A DNA stretch of 64,000 nucleotides from an uncultured Erysipelotrichaceae bacterium (GCA_902773675.1 CACYFN010000003.1:3209-67208); one strand, 5' to 3'. Positions 37,309 to 47,511 are shown, counted from the first letter of the stretch. Numbers and translations: made by a program. Notes: generated from the sequence alone by a model not told the origin.

Positions 37309-37713
37309 ATGAAAAAAATATTAACATTTATAAAAAATAAAGATAATAAATTATTACTATTACATAATAATCCTATAGATCCAATTCATGGAGGAGATAT
37401 ATGGTATACAGTAACAGGTGGAGTAGAAGAATTTGATAATACTTTAGAAAATACAGTAATTAGAGAAATAAAAGAAGAAACTAATTTAGATGTAATTAAT
37501 ACCAAATATTTAGAAATTAATTATACTTATACAAATAGAAAAGGTATAGAATGCATTGAATATGTATTTATAAGTTTAGTAGAAGATGGTAATATCATTT
37601 TAAACGAAGAAAGCATTGGATATAAATGGTTAAATATAAACGATTATATAGAAGAAATCTATTGGTATGGAAATAAAGATGAACTAAGAAAAATATTAGA
37701 AAAAAATTTATAA
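37309..37713 (+). CDS. NUDIX hydrolase
   Basis: GGVEEFDNTLENTVIREIKEETNL Nudix-box-like segment (REIKEETNL). Confidence 0.55.
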   Translation: MKKILTFIKNKDNKLLLLHNNPIDPIHGGDIWYTVTGGVEEFDNTLENTVIREIKEETNLDVINTKYLEINYTYTNRKGIECIEYVFISLVEDGNIILNEESIGYKWLNINDYIEEIYWYGNKDELRKILEKNL

Positions 37714-37850
37714 GATAAATTAAAAAAATTTGCAAAATACCATTTGTAATTACCTAAGATATATGATATCATGAATTTGTCAAGGAAACTTGAATATAAT
37801 AAAAAAAGGGAACATTCAGTTTGGTATGCCGAATGTCTACCCAAATTTAT

Positions 37851-37893
37851 TTCGTTGACATTTAATTCAAATGCGAATTAAGTGTCATTTTTT
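37851..37893 (+). terminator. Orphan rho-independent terminator in an ORF-free 400-bp region
   Basis: GACATTTAATTC-aaatgc-GAATTAAGTGTC (12-bp stem, one mismatch) followed by ATTTTTTTAT. It lies 140 nt downstream of the nearest + strand gene. Confidence 0.45.
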
Positions 37894-38110
37894 TATAACA
37901 GCTACCAATAAGGATAGGAGTAATAAAATGATAGCAATGTATCTAAGAATTTTTATAATAAAAACTCTTTTATTCATTATTATCAAACCTCCTCTCTAAA
38001 AGATAAGAGGTAGACACTAAAGAAACTAAATATTCCCATAAATATTATAACAAATATATTGCAATCAATAAAAAATAGATTATTTGTGAAATAAGCAATG
38101 GAGGAAGTAC

Positions 38111-38743
38111 ATGACAGATATAGAATACTTAAAAAAATATTATAAAGGCAACATGATTGGATATAACTTTGATATAAATAAAGACTGTCTAATACCACGT
38201 TTTGAAACCGAACAATTAATAGAAAAGACTATTAATTATATCAATAAACTATTTAATAAAAAAATAGACATAGTAGATCTAGGTACTGGTAGTGGTTGTA
38301 TAGCAATCACCTTAAAAAAAGAACTAGATTGTAATGTAACAGCTGTAGATATATCAAATAAAGCTTTAAAAATAGCCAGGGGTAATGCTAATAAAAATAA
38401 TTGTCTAATAGACTTCTTAGAAGGAGATATGTTAAAACCATTAAATAAAAAATATGACTTAATAATATCTAATCCTCCTTATATAAGTAGAGATGAAAAA
38501 ATAATGGATATAGTTAAAAATAATGAACCCCATATAGCCTTATATGCTGATAAAGAAGGACTTTATTATTATGAAGAAATACTAAAAAAAAACTATCTAA
38601 TAGCATTTGAAATAGGTCAAGAACAAGCAAATAAAATAAAAGAAATGGCTAAACTATACCTATATCATCCATATATAAAAATAGAAAAAGATTTACAAGG
38701 ATTAGATAGATTTGTCTTTATAACTAATGGAGAAGAAATATGA
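38111..38743 (+). CDS. prmC: Release-factor glutamine N5-methyltransferase PrmC/HemK (short form)
   Basis: SAM-binding VDLGTGSGCIAI and the catalytic NPPY motif (LIISNPPYISRDE). Confidence 0.7.
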   Translation: MTDIEYLKKYYKGNMIGYNFDINKDCLIPRFETEQLIEKTINYINKLFNKKIDIVDLGTGSGCIAITLKKELDCNVTAVDISNKALKIARGNANKNNCLIDFLEGDMLKPLNKKYDLIISNPPYISRDEKIMDIVKNNEPHIALYADKEGLYYYEEILKKNYLIAFEIGQEQANKIKEMAKLYLYHPYIKIEKDLQGLDRFVFITNGEEI

Positions 38744-39369
38744 AAGATGTAGACTTATGGAAATATGAAAAAGAATTATTAAAAGAAGGATATAAATATA
38801 TAGGTGGAGTAGATGAAGTAGGACGTGGACCATTAATAGGACCAGTAGTTACTGCTTGTGTAGTACTACCAAAAGACTTTGTCTTAGAAGGATTAACAGA
38901 TTCTAAAAAATTAAGTGAAAAAAAACGTAATCAGTATTATGATTATATAATTAATAATTGTGTAGCCTATAGTATCGGAATGTGTTCACCAGAAGAAATA
39001 GATGAACTAAATATCTATCAAGCAAGTAGAGTAGCCATGATAAGAGCAATTGAAGAAGTAAAAAAGAAAATACCACTAGATTATATACTAAGTGATGCTA
39101 TGCCAATGGATATAGATATACCAGTAAAAGATATAATTAAAGGTGATGCCAAAAGTATTACCATAGCAGCTGCAAGTGTTGTAGCCAAAGTAACAAGAGA
39201 TAATATAATGTATGAATTAGATAAATTATATCCAGAATATGGATTTAAAAACCATAAAGGATATCCAACTAAAAAACATTACGAAGCACTAAATAAATAT
39301 GGACTTATAGAAGGATATAGAAAAACCTATGGTCCAGTAATAAAAATATTGAAAGGAGAAAAAATATGA
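38740..39369 (+). CDS. rnhB: Ribonuclease HII
   Basis: GVDEVGRGPLIGPVVTACVVLP and DSKKLS motifs. Confidence 0.85.
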   Translation: MKDVDLWKYEKELLKEGYKYIGGVDEVGRGPLIGPVVTACVVLPKDFVLEGLTDSKKLSEKKRNQYYDYIINNCVAYSIGMCSPEEIDELNIYQASRVAMIRAIEEVKKKIPLDYILSDAMPMDIDIPVKDIIKGDAKSITIAAASVVAKVTRDNIMYELDKLYPEYGFKNHKGYPTKKHYEALNKYGLIEGYRKTYGPVIKILKGEKI

Positions 39370-40286
39370 AATTATTACTTTCCCATATAGCTGATTTAGA
39401 TGGTATTACTCCAGTAATATTATTAAACTTATTAGATGAAAAATTTGAATATGTTTTATTTGAAGTAAATGAATTAAGTAGTTATATAGAAGAACAAATA
39501 GAAACAGATTACTTTGATAAATATGATACTATTTATATAACAGATTTAGGAATAACTAAAGAATGTGCAGATAAAATAATAAATAGTAAATATAAAGAAA
39601 AATTTAAATTATTTGATCATCATGAAAGTCATTACTATTTAAATGATTATGAATTTGCAACAGTTATAGAAGAACATGATAACTTTAAAGAATGTGGAAC
39701 ATCATTGTTTTATAATTATTTATTAAAAGAATATAGAAGTGATATCCTAAAAAAGAATAATGTCATAATGTTTGTTGAATTAGTAAGAGAAGGAGATACT
39801 TGGCAATTTACTGACTTAAAAGAAGAATCCTTTAATTTAAATAATTTATTAAACTTTTATGGAAGAGATAACTTTATAGAAATATATTCTAAATCATTAA
39901 AAGAAAATAATGAATTTTACTTTAATCAAACAGAATTAATAATATTAGAATCATTAAATAGACAAAAAAAAGAATATATAGAATCATTTAAAGACAAAGT
40001 AATTATAAAAAAAATAAATGGATACACCATAGGATTTGTATTTGCTGAAAGTTATCGTAGTGAACTAGGAAATTATCTAGCAGAACAATACTACGATCAA
40101 GTAGATTTTATAGGAATAATAAATATGAATAGACATATTAGTTTTCGAGGTAAAAAAGAATTTAAACCAACCAATAAATTTGCTGAAAATTATGGTGGAG
40201 GCGGTCATCCACTAGCTAGTGCTATGAAACTTCCAGAAGATTTAAAAGTAAAAATATTAAAATACATCTATGATGAAAATAAATAA
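39366..40286 (+). CDS. DHH-DHHA1 family phosphoesterase (NrnA-like oligoribonuclease / pAp phosphatase)
   Basis: DLDG near the N-terminus, the DHH motif (LFDHHES), and the DHHA1 GGGGHPLASA. Confidence 0.65.
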   Translation: MKLLLSHIADLDGITPVILLNLLDEKFEYVLFEVNELSSYIEEQIETDYFDKYDTIYITDLGITKECADKIINSKYKEKFKLFDHHESHYYLNDYEFATVIEEHDNFKECGTSLFYNYLLKEYRSDILKKNNVIMFVELVREGDTWQFTDLKEESFNLNNLLNFYGRDNFIEIYSKSLKENNEFYFNQTELIILESLNRQKKEYIESFKDKVIIKKINGYTIGFVFAESYRSELGNYLAEQYYDQVDFIGIINMNRHISFRGKKEFKPTNKFAENYGGGGHPLASAMKLPEDLKVKILKYIYDENK

Positions 40287-40770
40287 AGTAAGCGTTGGAT
40301 ACCTTAAAACTAATTGTTATATAATAAGTATAGATGATGAATGTCTAGTAATAGATCCCGGAGACGAATACGATAAAATTGAAAAAGAAATAAATAATAA
40401 AAAAGTACTAGGTACTATTATAACCCACCATCATTTTGACCATGTAGGATGCATAAATCATTTTAATAATATATATGATATTAATAATTTAAAAGAAGGA
40501 ATAAATAAAATAGGAAAATTTAACTTTGAAGTAATATATACACCAGGTCATACAAATGATTCAATTTGTATCCATTTTAAAGAAGATAATGTAATGTTCG
40601 TAGGAGACTTTCTTTTTAAAGATGGAATAGGGAGAACTGACTTAGGTGGAAATGAAATTGATATGCATAATAGCCTATTAAAAATAAGTAAATATAATAA
40701 AGATATTACTATATTACCAGGTCATGGAGATAAATCTAAATTAGGTATAGAAGTAAATAAATGGATATAA
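40270..40770 (+). CDS. MBL-fold metallo-hydrolase
   Basis: THHHFDHVG (HxHxDH) and a downstream PGHT segment. Confidence 0.65.
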   Translation: MMKINKVSVGYLKTNCYIISIDDECLVIDPGDEYDKIEKEINNKKVLGTIITHHHFDHVGCINHFNNIYDINNLKEGINKIGKFNFEVIYTPGHTNDSICIHFKEDNVMFVGDFLFKDGIGRTDLGGNEIDMHNSLLKISKYNKDITILPGHGDKSKLGIEVNKWI

Positions 40771-40819
40771 AAAAATACTACATCAAAAGTAGTATTTTTA
40801 TATTAATCTTAATTCATAT

Positions 40820-41321
40820 TCAGTATATTTTATCAATCCTATCATAGAACAATATACCATTTAAATGATCTATTTCATGCTGAAAAGCGATAGATAATTC
40901 TTCTCTAGCTCTAACTCTAATTTTATTACCATCTTCATCGAATCCTTCAATTGTAACTCTTGCATATCTTTTTACATGTCCTTCAACTTCACGATTAACA
41001 CTTAAGCATCCTTCGCCAGCTTCAGCAGCAATCATTTCTGTAGAATAACTAACAATTTTAGGATTAATAACAACGTAATTATCAAAAACCCCTTCATCAA
41101 CTTCATGGACAATCACAATTATTCTTTTATTTATACCTAGTTGAGGAAAAGCAAGTCCCATACCTGGTCTTAAATCATATTTTTTAGAATATTCTTCAAT
41201 TTGACTATATGTAAGTTCATCAATAATCCTTTGAATTAATTTTTTTTCATCTTTAGAAATAGGAAAAACAACCTCTTAAAGACTTTTCTTTTTCATCCAA
41301 AATATCTAATTTTTTAAACAT
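40820..41321 (-). CDS. def: Peptide deformylase, apparently frameshifted near its 5' end (frame shift at the A5 run 41274-41278)
   Basis: The frame from the internal M at 41161 carries GLAFPQLG, EGCLSV and QHEIDHLNG. The N-terminal about 55 codons lie in two frames. ATG at 41321 with GGAGGGAGG RBS gives MFKKLDILDEKEKSLRG..., and a 1-nt deletion in the homopolymer would join this to ...PISKDEKKLIQRIIDELTYSQIEEYSKKYDLRPGMGLAFPQLG. This reading was done by hand. Confidence 0.55.
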
Positions 41322-41354
41322 ACTTCTTCCTCCCTCCGGATATTATAGCACATT

Positions 41355-41666
41355 TTACTTAAATTGCAAATAATCACCAATTTTATATGAATTATAGCCA
41401 TTTGGTATTTCATATGTATAATAAACATTTTTTTTAGGTAATATAATTCTACAAGGACCTAAATTATTAAAAATATATAATATTTTATTATTCTTATCAG
41501 TCATAATAACATCTATTTTTTCAAACATAAAAAAAGTATGAATACTATTACATTTATTAAAACATAAACCATAATTTATATTTTTTTTAAACATAAAACC
41601 TTTTAATCTATTAAAAAACTTATCACACATTTTAATATTAATAGCTTTCTTACAAACTAGTATCAT
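41355..41666 (-). CDS. DUF192 family protein
   Basis: GLCFNKCNSIHTFFMFEKIDVI...ILPKKNVYY pattern resembling COG1430/DUF192. Confidence 0.4.
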   Translation of the reverse strand: MILVCKKAINIKMCDKFFNRLKGFMFKKNINYGLCFNKCNSIHTFFMFEKIDVIMTDKNNKILYIFNNLGPCRIILPKKNVYYTYEIPNGYNSYKIGDYLQFK

Positions 41667-41757
41667 GATATCACCAAAAATATTATAACATTTAATAAAT
41701 TAATTGACAAATATATAAAATTATTATAAAATTATATATAGAATAGGTGGCGTAAAT

Positions 41758-41949
41758 ATGAAAATGAATAATAAAGGACAAGCATTAGTTGAATACTTAT
41801 TAATTATCGCAGTAATAAGTGTAGTAATAATAAGTGTAGTAAAATTATTTGGAGGATATTTAAAAGATTCAATGACTAAATCATCTTGCGAATTAACAGG
41901 ACAAAACTATGTAAAAGGAGATTCTCCAGGAGCAGGATATTGTGAATAA
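41758..41949 (+). CDS. Flp/Fap-type prepilin (Tad-pilus-like pilin)
   Basis: MKMNNKG/QALVEYLLIIAVISVVI has G then x4-E-Y, the Flp-family class III leader motif, followed by a hydrophobic helix. Total 63 aa. Confidence 0.5.
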   Translation: MKMNNKGQALVEYLLIIAVISVVIISVVKLFGGYLKDSMTKSSCELTGQNYVKGDSPGAGYCE

Positions 41950-42310
41950 TAAAGGCTTTTCAGCAATCGAGTTACTTGCAATTATCATAATACTAACTAT
42001 TATAGCTTTAATATCAATACCAATTGTATTAAATACAGTTAATAATGAAAAGAAAATGAATAATCGGAAAAGTGTAGATGCATATGGAGAAAATATTGAA
42101 GTTGCTTTTAATCGATATAAAAATGCTCATGATGGAGAATTTACAACTAAATTAGAAGATTTAAAAAAATATCTTACAATAGATAAAGTAAAATGTGATA
42201 AAGTAAATATTGATGAACAAGGTAATGTTACAATAAAAGATTGCTATGTTGATGGAGAAAAAGTCCTAAACGATAAAAGTGAAACCTATGAATATAGTAC
42301 AAAAAAATAG
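41942..42310 (+). CDS. Type IV pilin-like protein (prepilin-type N-terminal cleavage/methylation domain)
   Basis: MNNKG/FSAIELLAIIIILTIIALISIPIV has Gly, Phe at +1 and Glu at +5. Two cysteines near the C-terminus (KCDK...KDCY). Confidence 0.5.
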   Translation: MNNKGFSAIELLAIIIILTIIALISIPIVLNTVNNEKKMNNRKSVDAYGENIEVAFNRYKNAHDGEFTTKLEDLKKYLTIDKVKCDKVNIDEQGNVTIKDCYVDGEKVLNDKSETYEYSTKK

Positions 42311-42326
42311 TTATCCAAAAGGATAA

Positions 42327-42929
42327 CTATTTTATATATTTTAATAAAATTAAACCATTAAAAACAATAAAACCTATAAAACTAATAATATTTACTATTG
42401 AAATAAATTTACTAAATTTTCTACCACTCATTAAAGATATACCAAATAAGAAAAACATAAAAGATAACAAACCTAAATCAATATATAAAAATCTTCTTCT
42501 ATTTAAATATGAAGTAAAAACTACCAAATATAATATTAGTCCTAAACTAATTATTAATAATAATATATTAGAAATTAATAAACCACTACCATATTTTTTA
42601 TCATCTAAATCAAAATCTTCATAATTATTTTCTTCATCTTTTTTTTCTAATTTAATATCTTTACTTAAAGTTTGAGTCAATTCCTCATACTTTTTTGTTT
42701 GACTCAAAGCCTCTTCAATAGATTCAACTTCACTAACATTTTCAATTTCATCTTTCATTGCAATATTATTATTTTCATCAACAACAATTTTATCTAAATC
42801 ATCTTTCTTTTTTGCTTTTTCCCTTTTTTTTCTTTCACTTCGACTCATTAAATCAGTAAAGGATGCAGTCTTATCAAGTTCATCATCTTTAATATCAGAT
42901 AAATCAATTAATCTTTCTTTATTTTTCAT
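42327..42929 (-). CDS. Membrane protein (hypothetical; charged N-terminal half, three to four C-terminal TM helices)
   Basis: ORF-track ORF. Hydrophobic C-terminal half. Confidence 0.45.
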   Translation of the reverse strand: MKNKERLIDLSDIKDDELDKTASFTDLMSRSERKKREKAKKKDDLDKIVVDENNNIAMKDEIENVSEVESIEEALSQTKKYEELTQTLSKDIKLEKKDEENNYEDFDLDDKKYGSGLLISNILLLIISLGLILYLVVFTSYLNRRRFLYIDLGLLSFMFFLFGISLMSGRKFSKFISIVNIISFIGFIVFNGLILLKYIK

Positions 42930-43043
42930 ACCATCACCATACTAATTATAACTTAAAATATAAAAAAAATAAATACATTTAATAAAAAATACAATTATAA
43001 TTTGTATTAATTATTAATAATAGTTGCTAAAAAATGTCGAAAT

Positions 43044-44123
43044 ATGTTATACTTTATATGGATGGTGGTCTACGTGATAGATATAAATTTTAAAAAAACT
43101 TTATTAATGGTTTTGATTCCCTTTATATTTGTTACAGCAATTATACCATTTATTAAAAAAATAGCATTTCACATAGGAGCAATTGATATTCCAAATGAAA
43201 GAAAAGTCCATAAAAAACCAATGCCTAGATTAGGTGGACTAGGAATATATGCTGGATTTTTACTAGGATATATATTGTTCGGTGAGCACACCTATATGAT
43301 GAATTCAATTTTAATAGGAAGCTTTATTTTAATAATTACCGGTATGATAGATGATATAAAACCAATTAAAGCATATCATAAATTAATTGGTCAAATTTTA
43401 GCATGTTTAATTGTAGTTTTTTATGGAGAAGTACTTTTAAAAGATATTAGTTTTTTTGAATTATATATAGATTTTGGAGTTTTTTCTTATCCTATTACAA
43501 TACTTTTTATGTTAGGATGTATTAATTGTATGAATTTAATTGATGGTCTTGATGGACTTGCAGCAGGAATTTCCTCAATATTCTTTCTAACAATAGGAAT
43601 AATATCACTTTTTAAAACATCAGGTGGTCTTTCATTTGAATTATCATTTATATTAACATTAATAATGTTAGGATCAACTGGTGGATTTTTAGTGCACAAT
43701 TTTAATCCAGCTAAAATATTTATGGGAGATACTGGTTCCATGTTTTTAGGATTTATTATTTCAATAATAACATTACTTGGATTTAAAGCAACATTGATGT
43801 CATCGATAATAATACCACTATTTATTTTAGTAGTTCCTATTTTAGATACTTTATTTGCAATTATTAGAAGAAAATTGAAAGGTGAAAGTGTAATTGTTCC
43901 AGATAAAAGTCACATTCATCATCAATTACTAAGACGTAATTGTAGTGTGAAAAAAACAGTATTAATTATATATCTAATAACATTCTTATTTTCAACAGCA
44001 TCCGTAATATATGTACTTGTAGATAATGTAATTGGTTATATTATATATGGAACATTAATGGTATTTGTAATAATATTTGTTCTAACAACAGATATACTAT
44101 TTGAACATAAAAAAAATAATTGA
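43044..44123 (+). CDS. Polyprenyl-phosphate N-acetylhexosamine-1-phosphate transferase (WecA/TagO family, GT4 MraY-like)
   Basis: HKKPMPRLGGLGIY, NLIDGLDGLAAG and GDTGSMFLGF motifs. Confidence 0.8.
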   Translation: MLYFIWMVVYVIDINFKKTLLMVLIPFIFVTAIIPFIKKIAFHIGAIDIPNERKVHKKPMPRLGGLGIYAGFLLGYILFGEHTYMMNSILIGSFILIITGMIDDIKPIKAYHKLIGQILACLIVVFYGEVLLKDISFFELYIDFGVFSYPITILFMLGCINCMNLIDGLDGLAAGISSIFFLTIGIISLFKTSGGLSFELSFILTLIMLGSTGGFLVHNFNPAKIFMGDTGSMFLGFIISIITLLGFKATLMSSIIIPLFILVVPILDTLFAIIRRKLKGESVIVPDKSHIHHQLLRRNCSVKKTVLIIYLITFLFSTASVIYVLVDNVIGYIIYGTLMVFVIIFVLTTDILFEHKKNN

Positions 44124-44944
44124 AAGGATTTGAAAACATGATAAAAAATACTTTTCTAAATTTTAAACATTATTGGTTTTTAATGACCCAATTAATATCA
44201 AGAGATTTTAAAGTTAAATATAAACGAAGTGTATTAGGCGTTGTTTGGAGTCTATTAAATCCAATATTAATGATGTCAGTAATGGCAGTAGTTTTTTCTC
44301 AAATGTTTAGAGTTAGAGTGGAGGGAGCTAACTACTTAGTTTATTTAATGACAGGAATTATAATGTTTAACTATTTTAATGAAGCATCAACAAACGCTAT
44401 GACATCAGTAGTAGATAATTTTGGACTAATTAACAAAGTATATATTCCAAAATATATATTTCCAATTGCAAAATGCTTATTTATTGGAATAAATTTTTTA
44501 TTAACATTAATCCCATGGCTAGGAATAATATTACTTTCTTATGTGGGACTTGGTGAATATACATGTCACATAAATATAAATTATTTATTGCTACCATATG
44601 TTTTTTTATGTTTATTTCTTTTTACAGTTGGTATGGGATTATTTTTGTCTTGCGTTTCAGTTTTTTTAAGAGATGTAATTTACATATATGGAATAGTAAC
44701 AATGATTTGGAATTATATTACCCCTGTATTTTATAGTATTGAAATAATACCTGAAAAATTAATACCAATATTTAAATTTAATCCATTATATCAATATTTA
44801 AATGCAGCAAGAGAAATAGTATTATATTCAAAATGTCCATCGGTATATAATTTAATTGCTATAACATTATATTCATTATTTGCAGTAATAATTGGTGGAA
44901 TAATATTTAAAAAGAATCAAGATAAATTTGTATATTATGTTTAG
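44120..44944 (+). CDS. ABC-2 type polysaccharide/teichoic-acid exporter permease (Wzm/TagG-like)
   Basis: Six-TM ABC-2 permease directly upstream of the ATPase gene. Confidence 0.7.
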   Translation: MKGFENMIKNTFLNFKHYWFLMTQLISRDFKVKYKRSVLGVVWSLLNPILMMSVMAVVFSQMFRVRVEGANYLVYLMTGIIMFNYFNEASTNAMTSVVDNFGLINKVYIPKYIFPIAKCLFIGINFLLTLIPWLGIILLSYVGLGEYTCHININYLLLPYVFLCLFLFTVGMGLFLSCVSVFLRDVIYIYGIVTMIWNYITPVFYSIEIIPEKLIPIFKFNPLYQYLNAAREIVLYSKCPSVYNLIAITLYSLFAVIIGGIIFKKNQDKFVYYV

Positions 44945-44953
44945 GAGGTTAAA

Positions 44954-45694
44954 ATGATTGAATTAGAAGATGTCACAATGAAATTTAATTTAGGAATTGA
45001 AAAAAATTTTTCTATAAAACAAGCATTTGTAAATTTTTTTAATCCTAAACATAAAAAACAGAAAAAAGAATATTTTAATGCCTTAAAAAATATCAGTTTT
45101 AATGTAAAAAAAGGAGAGGTAGTTGGACTTATAGGTAGTAATGGAGCGGGTAAATCAACATTACTTAAAGTAGTAAGTGGCGTAATGAAACCAACACAAG
45201 GTAAAGTTACAGTACATGGAGCAATATCACCAATGATTGAACTTGGAGCAGGTTTTGATATGGAATTAACAGCCAGAGAAAACATTTATTTAAATGGATC
45301 AATTTTAGGATATTCAAAAAAGTTTATTGATGAAAAATTTAATGATATTGTTGAATTTTCCGAATTAAGAGATTTCTTAGATGTGCCAATAAAGAATTTT
45401 TCATCAGGTATGACTGCAAAACTTGCATTTTCAATTGCAACAGTAGTAGATCCAGAAATATTAATTGTAGATGAGATACTATCTGTTGGAGATATTAAAT
45501 TTCAAGAAAAAAGTAAAAACAAAATGTTAGAAATGATTAAAGGTGGAACAACAGTATTGTATGTTTCACATTCATTACAATCTATTAAAGAATTATGTGA
45601 TAAAGTAATTTGGATAGAACATGGAGTAATGATTAAAATGGGTGATGCTAAAAAAATATGTGAAGAATATTATGAACATCAAATGCAGAAGTAG
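44954..45694 (+). CDS. ABC exporter ATP-binding protein (Wzt/TagH-like)
   Basis: Walker A GSNGAGKSTLLK, signature FSSGMTAKLAFS, Walker B ILIVDEILSVGD. Confidence 0.85.
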   Translation: MIELEDVTMKFNLGIEKNFSIKQAFVNFFNPKHKKQKKEYFNALKNISFNVKKGEVVGLIGSNGAGKSTLLKVVSGVMKPTQGKVTVHGAISPMIELGAGFDMELTARENIYLNGSILGYSKKFIDEKFNDIVEFSELRDFLDVPIKNFSSGMTAKLAFSIATVVDPEILIVDEILSVGDIKFQEKSKNKMLEMIKGGTTVLYVSHSLQSIKELCDKVIWIEHGVMIKMGDAKKICEEYYEHQMQK

Positions 45695-45702
45695 GAGGAA
45701 AT

Positions 45703-47511
45703 ATGGAAAAATATATACATTATTGTTGGTTTGGTGGAAAACCACTTCCAAAACTAACTAAGAAATGCATTAAAAGCTGGAAAAAATTCTTACCAGATTT
45801 TGAAATAATAGAATGGAATGAATCTAATGTAAATTTGGAAGAATGCCCATTCATAAAAGAAGCATATCAACATAAAAAATGGGCATTTGTTGCAGATTAT
45901 GCTAGAACAGTTGCTCTTTATAACAAAGGCGGTATTTATTTTGATACAGATATGTTACTTAAAAAGCCAATTGATTTCTTATTTGAACATGAAACATTTT
46001 TAGGTATAGAAGATTCATTTATGGTAAATGCGGCAGTATGGGGAGCTAATAAACCAAAATCATATTTTTCAAAAAAAATGTTAGATTTTTATAAAGCTCA
46101 AAAACATTTTGATGTAAATAATATGTTTAAAGTTAGTATTCCAAGAATTATGACTTCACTACTAAATGAAGAAGGATTAGATCATACATCAAATGAAATA
46201 CAACATTTAAAACACAACATAACAATTTATCCAAGAGAGTATTTTTATCCACTATCATTTGATTTTAAAGATAATGTCTTTACTGATAATACTTGTATGA
46301 TTCATTATTTTGATGCCAGTTGGTTTAGTAAAAAAGAAAAATATAGAGTTAAATTAAACAGAAAAATTGGTGAAAAAAATGTAAATAGAATGATTGGAGT
46401 ATATAAGAAAATAAGACATCTAGGTGGAGCAATTATTAAAAAAACATTATATAAACCAGCTAAATACTTTAAATACACTTATTTAAATAAAGGAAAATAT
46501 AAAAATGATTTAAATAAATCAATTAATGCATTAAAAAATATAAATGGTGATTATATAGTAATGCATAATCCTGATTGGCTAGGAATAACAAGTGCTACTA
46601 TCGAATTATTTGATAATAACAGAGTACCTTGTGGTGAATTTTTAAGAAAAAGTGATATGAAAAAATTTGCAAGTGTAATACTAGAAAAAAATATTAAGCA
46701 AGTTATATTTAGTGCAATGTGTATTGGTTGGAAAGATTTAGCCTATTATCTAAAATCAAAAAATCCTAATATATTAATAAAAGTATTCTGGCATGGAAGT
46801 ATATCACAAGTTTCAGAACCATATGGTTGGGCAAGAAATATCGAATTAATAGATATGAGTAAAGATGGAACATTAACTACATTTGGGACTTGTAAAGAGT
46901 CATTAGTAAAATTCTATGAAAATTTAGGTATCAATACTAAATTTATAATGAATAATGTAACACTAAAAAATAAAATTGAACATAAAAATCCGAAAGAAGT
47001 AGTTATAGGACTTTATGCAGCAAAAAAAGATGATTGGAGAAAAAACCTTTTTGCTCAAATAGCTGCTGTATCACTAATAAAAAATGCCACAATCGATATA
47101 ATACCGATGGACTATGAAGCCGCTACATTTGCTTCCAATCTAGGATTAAAAGTAACAGGTATTGATAAAGCAATTCCAAGAGAACAATTACTAGAAAGAA
47201 TGAGTAAAAATACTATGAATTTATATGTTACTTTCTCAGAGTGTGCACCAATGCTACCAATCGAAAGCTTTGAAGTAGGAACAATCTGCTTAACTGGCAA
47301 TAATCATCATTACTTTAAAAATACAGAATTAGAAAAATATTTAGTTGTAGATAATGAAGAAAGTCCAGTTGAAATAGCTAACAAAATTGAATTATGCATA
47401 AAAAATCAAGAAAAAGTATTAAAACTATATAAAGAATGGAAAAAGAAAAATGATACTAACAGCACAAAAAGTGCTACAGATTTTATAAATGATGGAATGG
47501 GGGAAAAATAA
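45703..47511 (+). CDS. Glycosyltransferase, N-terminal GT32-like DXD-motif domain with a C-terminal extension
   Basis: HYCWFGGKPLP...KKWAFVADYARTVALYNKGGIYFDTDM, a Gly_transf_sug-type motif. Confidence 0.5.
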   Translation: MEKYIHYCWFGGKPLPKLTKKCIKSWKKFLPDFEIIEWNESNVNLEECPFIKEAYQHKKWAFVADYARTVALYNKGGIYFDTDMLLKKPIDFLFEHETFLGIEDSFMVNAAVWGANKPKSYFSKKMLDFYKAQKHFDVNNMFKVSIPRIMTSLLNEEGLDHTSNEIQHLKHNITIYPREYFYPLSFDFKDNVFTDNTCMIHYFDASWFSKKEKYRVKLNRKIGEKNVNRMIGVYKKIRHLGGAIIKKTLYKPAKYFKYTYLNKGKYKNDLNKSINALKNINGDYIVMHNPDWLGITSATIELFDNNRVPCGEFLRKSDMKKFASVILEKNIKQVIFSAMCIGWKDLAYYLKSKNPNILIKVFWHGSISQVSEPYGWARNIELIDMSKDGTLTTFGTCKESLVKFYENLGINTKFIMNNVTLKNKIEHKNPKEVVIGLYAAKKDDWRKNLFAQIAAVSLIKNATIDIIPMDYEAATFASNLGLKVTGIDKAIPREQLLERMSKNTMNLYVTFSECAPMLPIESFEVGTICLTGNNHHYFKNTELEKYLVVDNEESPVEIANKIELCIKNQEKVLKLYKEWKKKNDTNSTKSATDFINDGMGEK

